Below are positions 55,971 through 64,000 of a DNA stretch of 64,000 nucleotides, in pieces. Source of the DNA: Candidatus Cloacimonadota bacterium (lineage in GTDB: Bacteria > Cloacimonadota > Cloacimonadia > Cloacimonadales > TCS61); NCBI GenBank assembly GCA_021736135.1, contig JAIPGO010000001.1:64228-128227 (forward strand), in the 5' to 3' direction. Position numbers and translations under genes: made by a program. The notes under the pieces are model-generated. The model was given only the letters and a program-made list of their open reading frames with translations. It was not told where the DNA came from and ran no database searches. The number at the start of each line of letters is the position of its first letter. Position 1 is the stretch's first letter.

Positions 55971-56898
55971 AACAGTCTTTATGGGAACTCCTGAATTTGC
56001 AGTGGAGCCGTTGCGTAAACTGGTTGAGAGTGGCTTCAAACCAGAGCTTTGTATAACCCAGCCGGATAGACCAAGTGGCAGGAAAAAAAGACTAACGTCT
56101 CCTGCATTAAAGGTTGCAGCAGAAAGCTATCGAATAGAAATCTGGCAGCCGGAAAACATAAATGAAGAGCCGACCATAGCGTTGCTTCGCGATATAAAAC
56201 CAGATCTGATCATAACAGCGGCTTATGGTGGTTATATTGGCAGAATAATCAGAAAAATACCTCTTCTGGCGGCAATCAATATTCATCCGTCATTGTTGCC
56301 ACGCTATAGAGGTGCTACTCCAATAAATTCAGCATTATGGAATGGTGATCGAAAAACAGGTGTAAGTATTTTCAGATTGACTGCAAGAATGGATGCGGGA
56401 CCAATTCTTTCTCAATCTGAATACAATATAACAGAAGATGATAATTACACGAAACTTCTGGATAAACTTTCTCAGCAAGGAGCAGAAGATCTAATTAGAC
56501 TATTGCAAAAATGGGAAATCAGTAACATAAAAGGAACACTTCAGGATGAGCGCAAAGCCATTTTCTGTCGTAAATTGCAGAAAGATGATCTGCGAATAAA
56601 CTGGGAAGGAAGTGCAGGAGAAATTTATAATCAGGTAAGAGCTCTCGCAGAAAAACCGGGAGCAGTAACAGAATTCAGAGGTTCGCTTATAAAAATAATA
56701 AAATGCCGAATAATAACAGCTCAAAAGGGCTTTGCCTCCGGTATTATCATCGATAAATTAAAAAAAGAAGGCATAATTGTATCAACAGGCGATGGAACTC
56801 TCTTAGTTGAAAAGGTTCAACCGGCAGGGAAAAGCATAATGAATGCTTATGAATTCGATCTGGGTGCGCGTATCAGAACAGGGGAAAGATTTATTTAA
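55957..56898 (+). CDS. fmt: Methionyl-tRNA formyltransferase
   Basis: FMGTPEFAV, HPSLLPRYRGATPI. Directly follows def. Confidence 0.95.
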   Translation: MKIIRTVFMGTPEFAVEPLRKLVESGFKPELCITQPDRPSGRKKRLTSPALKVAAESYRIEIWQPENINEEPTIALLRDIKPDLIITAAYGGYIGRIIRKIPLLAAINIHPSLLPRYRGATPINSALWNGDRKTGVSIFRLTARMDAGPILSQSEYNITEDDNYTKLLDKLSQQGAEDLIRLLQKWEISNIKGTLQDERKAIFCRKLQKDDLRINWEGSAGEIYNQVRALAEKPGAVTEFRGSLIKIIKCRIITAQKGFASGIIIDKLKKEGIIVSTGDGTLLVEKVQPAGKSIMNAYEFDLGARIRTGERFI

Positions 56899-56911
56899 TG
56901 AAAACAGCATA

Positions 56912-57679
56912 ATGAAATTAATTACCAGAAGAAAGTACCTATATTTAATTTTATCAGTAATATCGCTCATATTTCTGATGGCCTTAACTACCTTGTTATG
57001 GTGGTTCATAGCCCCGCGTCTGGAGGATATTTATCATCTTTTGCGACCGATTTCATTAACGGTTCTGCGCTCTTTCTTCATAGTCCTTTTAATTGGTATC
57101 ACTATGGTTGTTTTGACCAGTCTAACCGAGAAAAATTTTCTTCTGGCTAAATTTATAGTAAAGCTATATAACAGAATAATGTATCCAATAACTCTTTTTT
57201 TAGGCAGAATACTGGGTTGGAAGAAAGAACGGATAAGAGAATCATTTGCCCATGTAAATAACAGTTTTATTAAATCGATGAAGCTGAAATTTAAAAATAG
57301 AGAAATTTTAATATTATTACCTCACTGCCTGCAGAACAGCGAGTGCAAAATAAGGATCAGTAATGAAATAGAAAATTGCCAACATTGCGGTAACTGCGAT
57401 ATTGGCGTCTTAGCCACGCTTGCCGGGAAATACGACGTTCCGATAGCAATAGCTAATGGAGGGACTCTTGCCAGGAGGATCGTTAATAAATACAAGCCCT
57501 CTGTAATTATTGCAGTAGCCTGTGACCGAGATCTGGTGAGTGGAATTCAGGATGTTTATCCGCTACCTGTATATGGGATATTGAATCTGCGGCCAAACGG
57601 ACCCTGTTTCAATACAAGAGTAGAAGTAGAACAGCTGGAAATAGCACTTCAGGAATTACTTTATGAAGAAAAGAGATAA
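56912..57679 (+). CDS. DUF116 family membrane protein
   Basis: N-terminal TM helices. Cys-rich LLPHCLQNSEC..CQHCGNCDI. ATG 56912 is preferred over the track start 56843, which overlaps fmt. Confidence 0.75.
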   Translation: MKLITRRKYLYLILSVISLIFLMALTTLLWWFIAPRLEDIYHLLRPISLTVLRSFFIVLLIGITMVVLTSLTEKNFLLAKFIVKLYNRIMYPITLFLGRILGWKKERIRESFAHVNNSFIKSMKLKFKNREILILLPHCLQNSECKIRISNEIENCQHCGNCDIGVLATLAGKYDVPIAIANGGTLARRIVNKYKPSVIIAVACDRDLVSGIQDVYPLPVYGILNLRPNGPCFNTRVEVEQLEIALQELLYEEKR

Positions 57680-58742
57680 GAAAGTATTTAAAAGAAAAGA
57701 CCTGAATATCAGTAATATAGAGATTACCCATGTTGATGATTTTCTTGATGATGCCATAACCCATGAACGCAGAGCGGAAAAGAAACCTGCGGGTAAAAGT
57801 AAAATCAGCAGTAAATCTAATTTGAATCTAGTCAGGGGCAGGATTATGGAATTATACTCCAACTATAAATGTCTGGTAAAAATTGATAATGAAGAGCTTG
57901 TCTGCCATATTGGCGGGAGATTGAAGCAATATGATCTGGATACCAGAAACATATTAGCAGTAGGAGACTGGGTAAAGATTGATATATCAGCCAAAAGAAG
58001 GATTGAAGAAATTGAAGAGCGAAAAAACACCCTTTATCGATATACTGAAGATAGTTTCCAGAAAAAGATAGTTGTCGCTGCTAATTTGGATAACGTAGTA
58101 ATTCTCACCTCCTGTAAACAGCCAGCTCTCAATTTTGGTATGGTTGACCGCCTGCTGTGCGCAACATTACTGGCAGATATAAATCCTGTGATCTGTATTA
58201 ATAAAACTGATCTGGCAGATGATCTGGAGAGTCTGAGAAATGAAGCGGAATTTTACCTGACCACAGGGTTTAAGGTATTATTTTGCTCAGCTCTGGAGCA
58301 AAAAGGGATAGTGGAGCTGCAAGAGGCTCTCAAGAATCAGGACTCGGTTTTTGTTGGTCATTCGGGAGTCGGAAAATCTTCTTTGATCAATGCATTACAA
58401 CCAGGATTAAATCTAAAGGAAGGTGATGTAAGCGATTATACCGGAAAAGGTATGCACACAACCTCTCGAAGCAGGATCATTGGTTGGGAATTTGGCGGAA
58501 ATCTGATTGATACACCTGGCATTAAAACTCTTACATTACACGAAGAAATGAAAGATGAAATTAAATATGTGTTTCCTGGAATGGCAGAACTGGGAAAGGA
58601 ATGTTATTATCCAAACTGTTCACATATCCATGAAACAGATTGTGCTGTTAAAACTGCTCTCAATGCAGGTAATTATGATATAAACCGTTATGAATCGTAC
58701 TGCCGTATTATGGAGTCATTCACAGGAGTGGATTATGAATAA
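57663..58742 (+). CDS. rsgA: Ribosome small subunit-dependent GTPase A
   Basis: GHSGVGKSSLINAL, DTPG, zinc knuckle CSHIHETDCAV. Confidence 0.9.
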   Translation: MKKRDKKVFKRKDLNISNIEITHVDDFLDDAITHERRAEKKPAGKSKISSKSNLNLVRGRIMELYSNYKCLVKIDNEELVCHIGGRLKQYDLDTRNILAVGDWVKIDISAKRRIEEIEERKNTLYRYTEDSFQKKIVVAANLDNVVILTSCKQPALNFGMVDRLLCATLLADINPVICINKTDLADDLESLRNEAEFYLTTGFKVLFCSALEQKGIVELQEALKNQDSVFVGHSGVGKSSLINALQPGLNLKEGDVSDYTGKGMHTTSRSRIIGWEFGGNLIDTPGIKTLTLHEEMKDEIKYVFPGMAELGKECYYPNCSHIHETDCAVKTALNAGNYDINRYESYCRIMESFTGVDYE

Positions 58743-59580
58743 TTTTGCTCTTTATCTCAACGAAACAACTCCGGAAGTGGAATCAACACTGGAGCATCTG
58801 AAACTTCTGGCTGTTAAGGAAAGAGTTAATTTTCTACTGTTTGATGAACAATTTGTTTATAAAAGCTGGTTTCCCGTTATGACCGGAGATACGAAAATTG
58901 ATTGTATATTAGTTTTGGGTGGTGATGGCACGATATTACGGGCCGTAAAATATTCACTGAAATATCAGGCACCTCTTCTGGGAATAAATCTGGGTCATCT
59001 GGGTTTTCTATCAGAAGGAAATCTGAGTGATCTGGAGCGGTCCATACACGATTTACGGGATAATAAGTATAAGATATTATCTCGTATGATGCTTAAGGCA
59101 ACCGTAAAAAGGGCGGAGTATCCTTCAAAATCATATCTTGCCCTTAATGATGTGGTCATTTCCAAAGGAGAAAGTCCCAAGCTGATAAATCTGAAGGTTT
59201 ACAGTGATAGACGCTATGTATATTCAGCACGCTGTGATGGAATGATAGCGGCCTCACCAACAGGCTCGACTGCTTATGCCTTATCTGCCGGAGGTCCAAT
59301 AATTTCACCCGTGATGGATGCTATTGTTGTTGTACCGATCACTCCGCATGTCCTCACAGTTCGTCCCCTGGTATTTCCACCGGATGTAAATATCACATTC
59401 GTTATTGAGGGTGATCATGAAAACTGTTGTCTGCAAGTAGATGGCTGCAATTATGAGCATCTACAGGACAGAGATATGATAAGCATTACTTCATCATCGA
59501 AAAAGGTTGATTTCATTAAACTTTCCAACCGGACTTTTTATAAAGTATTAAGACAGAAAATGCACTTGGGAAGACGCTAA
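58735..59580 (+). CDS. nadK: NAD kinase
   Basis: GGDGTILRA, NDVVI, ASPTGSTAYALSAGGPI. ATG 58735 has an AGGAG RBS. Confidence 0.9.
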   Translation: MNNFALYLNETTPEVESTLEHLKLLAVKERVNFLLFDEQFVYKSWFPVMTGDTKIDCILVLGGDGTILRAVKYSLKYQAPLLGINLGHLGFLSEGNLSDLERSIHDLRDNKYKILSRMMLKATVKRAEYPSKSYLALNDVVISKGESPKLINLKVYSDRRYVYSARCDGMIAASPTGSTAYALSAGGPIISPVMDAIVVVPITPHVLTVRPLVFPPDVNITFVIEGDHENCCLQVDGCNYEHLQDRDMISITSSSKKVDFIKLSNRTFYKVLRQKMHLGRR

Positions 59581-59581
59581 A

Positions 59582-61291
59582 ATGTTAAAATCATTAAAAC
59601 TCACTAATTACATACTAGTAAAGGATCTTGAGATTGAATTTTCGCCAGGTCTTAATATTTTCTCCGGAGAGACAGGGGCAGGAAAATCAGTAATTGTAGA
59701 AGCCATAAATACTGTTTTAGGTGGAAATGTACGTAGTGGTATGCTGTTTAATGAAGATATTCCGGCGATAATTGAACTGACTTTTACTACTGATAATGAG
59801 AACCGTGAATTACAGGACATCATCGGAGAAAGCGGAATTGATATCAGCGAGGATGAGATTTTTTTCAGTAAAATCATCAAACCGGGGATGAAGACAGCAT
59901 CCTATATCAATGGAGTGCGAACAACAAACAATATAATCCGTCGTTTCCGTGATATTCTGATTGATTTTCACAGCCAGAGAGATCAGCAGCAGCTATTTGA
60001 CAATGCTTACCAATTGATGATTCTTGACGCTTATGGGCGGTTGTCAGATGTAAAGGATGAATTTACTCAACAATATAAAAGTTATGGAGATAAGCTGCGC
60101 GAATACAGAAAGCTGGTAAAGCAGGAAAAAGAGAACCGTGATAAATATGACCTGTTTTCATATCAGTCTGAAGAAATTAAAAACAGTGCAATTTCGCCTG
60201 AAGAAGATGTGGAGCTGAATGAAGAATTGAATCTACTCAACCATGCCGAAGAACTGCTGAACCTGGAGGAACAGTATCGACAGGATTGTTTTGAAAAGGA
60301 ATTATCAGTTTTTGATATTCTCAATAAGTTTCTGGTTCAACTGCATAAATATGCTGTTGACAGCACCAGAGCTCAGCAGGCATCTTCTCTGATAGAGGAA
60401 AGCCTGGCAAATCTGGATGCAGCAGGAGAAGAACTGGAAGGTTTACGCAGCAGCATTGATCTTGATCCGGAACGGCTGGAAACAGTCACGGGACGTTTTG
60501 ATTATTTGAACTCACTCAAGATGAAGTATAATCGAACATTGCCGGACATCCTTCTCTATTGCAAGGAGATAGAGGAGTTTATGAAGAGTTATTCCTCAGA
60601 AAAAGAACGTCTTAACCAGCTTGAAACAGAGTTGAAATCGGAAATTAGGATTCTAAAACAGACAGCGCAAAAACTTACTTCAGCCAGACAACAGGCTGCC
60701 AGAGAATTTTCGGAAAATATTGAAAAAGATATTCGTCAGCTTTCCATGCCTGCGGCACAGGTTAAGGTACATTGGCAGGAACTGGCAGAGAAAGAAGAAG
60801 ATTATTATCAGCAATTAAGCCCTGAAGGTAATGATTATGCGGAATTTTATTTTACGGCAAATAAAGGGAAAAAGATGCAGCCACTAAAGATCGCAGCTTC
60901 AGGTGGAGAACTGTCCCGCTTTCTTCTTGCCGTAAAAAAACTGCTTGCCCAGCATCTTTCACCCAAGACAGTGGTGTTTGATGAAATAGATGCCGGTATT
61001 GGCGGGAAAACTGCAGAACTAACCGGAGAATATGTCTATGATATTTCCCGACACCATCAGGTTATCTGCATCACACATCTGGCGCAGATTGCTGTTTTTG
61101 CAGATTGCCAGTATCTCATCTCTAAGCAGGATTCCGATGATATTTCCCAAATTAATGTAAAAATGCTGGACAATAATCTGAAAATCAGTGAGATAGCACG
61201 TATGTTATCCGGATCGGATACTGACGTTGCTCGTCAGCATGCAGAGGAATTGATGAAAAAAAGGCATAGGGAAGATAATGTTCAGACTTAG
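59582..61291 (+). CDS. recN: DNA repair protein RecN
   Basis: Walker A GETGAGKS, long coiled coil, SGGELSR signature, VFDEIDAGIGG. Confidence 0.93.
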   Translation: MLKSLKLTNYILVKDLEIEFSPGLNIFSGETGAGKSVIVEAINTVLGGNVRSGMLFNEDIPAIIELTFTTDNENRELQDIIGESGIDISEDEIFFSKIIKPGMKTASYINGVRTTNNIIRRFRDILIDFHSQRDQQQLFDNAYQLMILDAYGRLSDVKDEFTQQYKSYGDKLREYRKLVKQEKENRDKYDLFSYQSEEIKNSAISPEEDVELNEELNLLNHAEELLNLEEQYRQDCFEKELSVFDILNKFLVQLHKYAVDSTRAQQASSLIEESLANLDAAGEELEGLRSSIDLDPERLETVTGRFDYLNSLKMKYNRTLPDILLYCKEIEEFMKSYSSEKERLNQLETELKSEIRILKQTAQKLTSARQQAAREFSENIEKDIRQLSMPAAQVKVHWQELAEKEEDYYQQLSPEGNDYAEFYFTANKGKKMQPLKIAASGGELSRFLLAVKKLLAQHLSPKTVVFDEIDAGIGGKTAELTGEYVYDISRHHQVICITHLAQIAVFADCQYLISKQDSDDISQINVKMLDNNLKISEIARMLSGSDTDVARQHAEELMKKRHREDNVQT

Positions 61292-62207
61292 AAAAAGTAC
61301 TAAATATCTTATTATCATTGCAGTTATTTTGGCAACAGGCTACTTTGCCGTAAAGATTTCAGGTATTACTACTATCTTCAACAGTAGTATTCCGGCAATA
61401 ATCATTGATGATGACCACGCAGAAAAAGTGTTCGAGAAACTCGATAATGAGAAAAAAATCAAGATGATCTATAATGCTGTCGACCTGAAAGTTTTTACCC
61501 GGGCAATACAGGATATTTACACAAAATACAGCATATCACCACAGTATTCAAATATAACTGGTAATTACTATGTTTCTATTTTCGATTATCCAAAAGAACA
61601 TTCTGAAGAAGTTATGGATGATCTAAGGCATTTACAGACGCTTAACCGGGAATTTCTTGCTTCAGCGGATCCGGAAAAATTTAAGATAAACATCGACGAT
61701 CACATTGCCAATAAAGTAAGAGTTAAACGCACACTGGAAAAGAAAATAGATAATGCCATTCTTATGAGTGACGAGCGGATATCAAATTTTAACCAGGAGT
61801 TGACCAGAATTCAGCTTGAAATTGACAGCCTCAATAATCAGAAAAACATGATCCAGCAACTTGCTGATAATAATCTTGTATATCTGGTAACAACTCGGAT
61901 TACAGCTCCCAGTGATTCGGTTATTCAAAAAAGAAGATTCAACCTGCTCAAAAATTTTATACTTTATTATTTTGCTTTCCTAATTGCAGGAATTCTTTTT
62001 CTAATCGTTTTCAATTATTTCTTCCTTTTTCTACTTTATTTGATGAGAATACTGGGCATTAAAACTTCCCGCTCTTCTTCTGGCGGTTATAATTATGGTG
62101 GACAGTCCTATCGCAGTAAATATTACTATAGACGTCCCAAAAAAGTAAAAAGAATATATAAAGATTCTGATGGTAATATCATAAAACAGAAAGTATCCAA
62201 GGAATGA
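61278..62207 (+). CDS. Hypothetical membrane protein (309 aa)
   Basis: N- and C-terminal TM helices, coiled-coil centre, Tyr/Gly/Arg-rich tail. No motif recognised. Confidence 0.6.
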   Translation: MFRLRKSTKYLIIIAVILATGYFAVKISGITTIFNSSIPAIIIDDDHAEKVFEKLDNEKKIKMIYNAVDLKVFTRAIQDIYTKYSISPQYSNITGNYYVSIFDYPKEHSEEVMDDLRHLQTLNREFLASADPEKFKINIDDHIANKVRVKRTLEKKIDNAILMSDERISNFNQELTRIQLEIDSLNNQKNMIQQLADNNLVYLVTTRITAPSDSVIQKRRFNLLKNFILYYFAFLIAGILFLIVFNYFFLFLLYLMRILGIKTSRSSSGGYNYGGQSYRSKYYYRRPKKVKRIYKDSDGNIIKQKVSKE

Positions 62208-62237
62208 CAGTATATAGTATATCTTATAGGAGGAATT

Positions 62238-62669
62238 ATGTATGAACCCTGGATGATATGGGTTGGTATTGGTGTTATTTGCCTGATCATAGAAATATTC
62301 ACACCGGGATTCTTTTTTATGAGCATTGGTATAGGCGCAATTATCACGGGACTTATCTCTATAGCAGATTTGCCATTAGGGATTCAACTCGCGATTTTTA
62401 TTATAGTCACCTTTTTTATTTTTCTGAATCTGAGAAAATTCAGCAAAAAACTTTCAAAAGTCAATTTTCCCACAAATGTTGATGCACTCGTAGGAAAAAA
62501 GGGTTCTGTTACCGAAACTATTCCTGGCGATGGAAAAGGATTTGTAAAAGTTGGTGGAGAAATCTGGTCTGCTGTCAGTGAGAGTGAAAATGAGATTCCT
62601 GTAGCAGCTAAGGTTCAAGTTATTAAACTTGATGGAAATAAATTAATCGTTAAATCTATTGAGGAGTAA
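62238..62669 (+). CDS. NfeD family membrane protein
   Basis: Three TM helices plus a C-terminal OB-like domain (GKGFVKVGGEIWSAVS). Immediately upstream of an SPFH gene. Confidence 0.85.
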   Translation: MYEPWMIWVGIGVICLIIEIFTPGFFFMSIGIGAIITGLISIADLPLGIQLAIFIIVTFFIFLNLRKFSKKLSKVNFPTNVDALVGKKGSVTETIPGDGKGFVKVGGEIWSAVSESENEIPVAAKVQVIKLDGNKLIVKSIEE

Positions 62670-62672
62670 AAG

Positions 62673-64000
<1,328 letters not shown>

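Overview
This is a 64-kb, AT-rich bacterial chromosomal window. Every large secreted protein ends in an NxPNPFNP...GIY.Y...K type sorting domain (T9SS cargo style), so the source is probably a Cloacimonadota or other FCB-group anaerobe; that is inference only. The left ~37 kb is accessory and cell-surface DNA. It holds two tandem ~1580-aa C25 (gingipain-like) paralogs; the first is missing from the ORF track because it runs off the window edge. Next come a 1.6-kb gene-free stretch packed with nested palindromes, a visibly more AT-rich three-gene restriction-modification operon, and an ECF sigma / anti-sigma / Spy-like envelope-stress operon. The most interesting part is a minus-strand block. 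There a TPR-containing sigma54 activator gene is followed by a -24/-12 promoter with phased upstream repeats and then a ~16.4-kb putative operon. That operon encodes an 89-aa ORF, a tail-fibre-like protein with an S74 autochaperone domain, a 2387-aa LamG protein and a 2170-aa cadherin/dockerin protein. The two giant proteins share six copies of a ~110-aa DECRGV module that I do not recognise. A TonB-dependent receptor / DUF4249-like pair follows. The right ~23 kb is housekeeping DNA around the replication origin: tyrS, glnA, DnaA-box clusters on both sides of dnaA, SurA-like PPIases, pgpA, yajC, def-fmt, rsgA, nadK, recN, NfeD/SPFH and a partial eno. I saw no rRNA, tRNA, CRISPR array, transposase or integrase. 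All homology statements come from reading motifs by eye; no searches were run.
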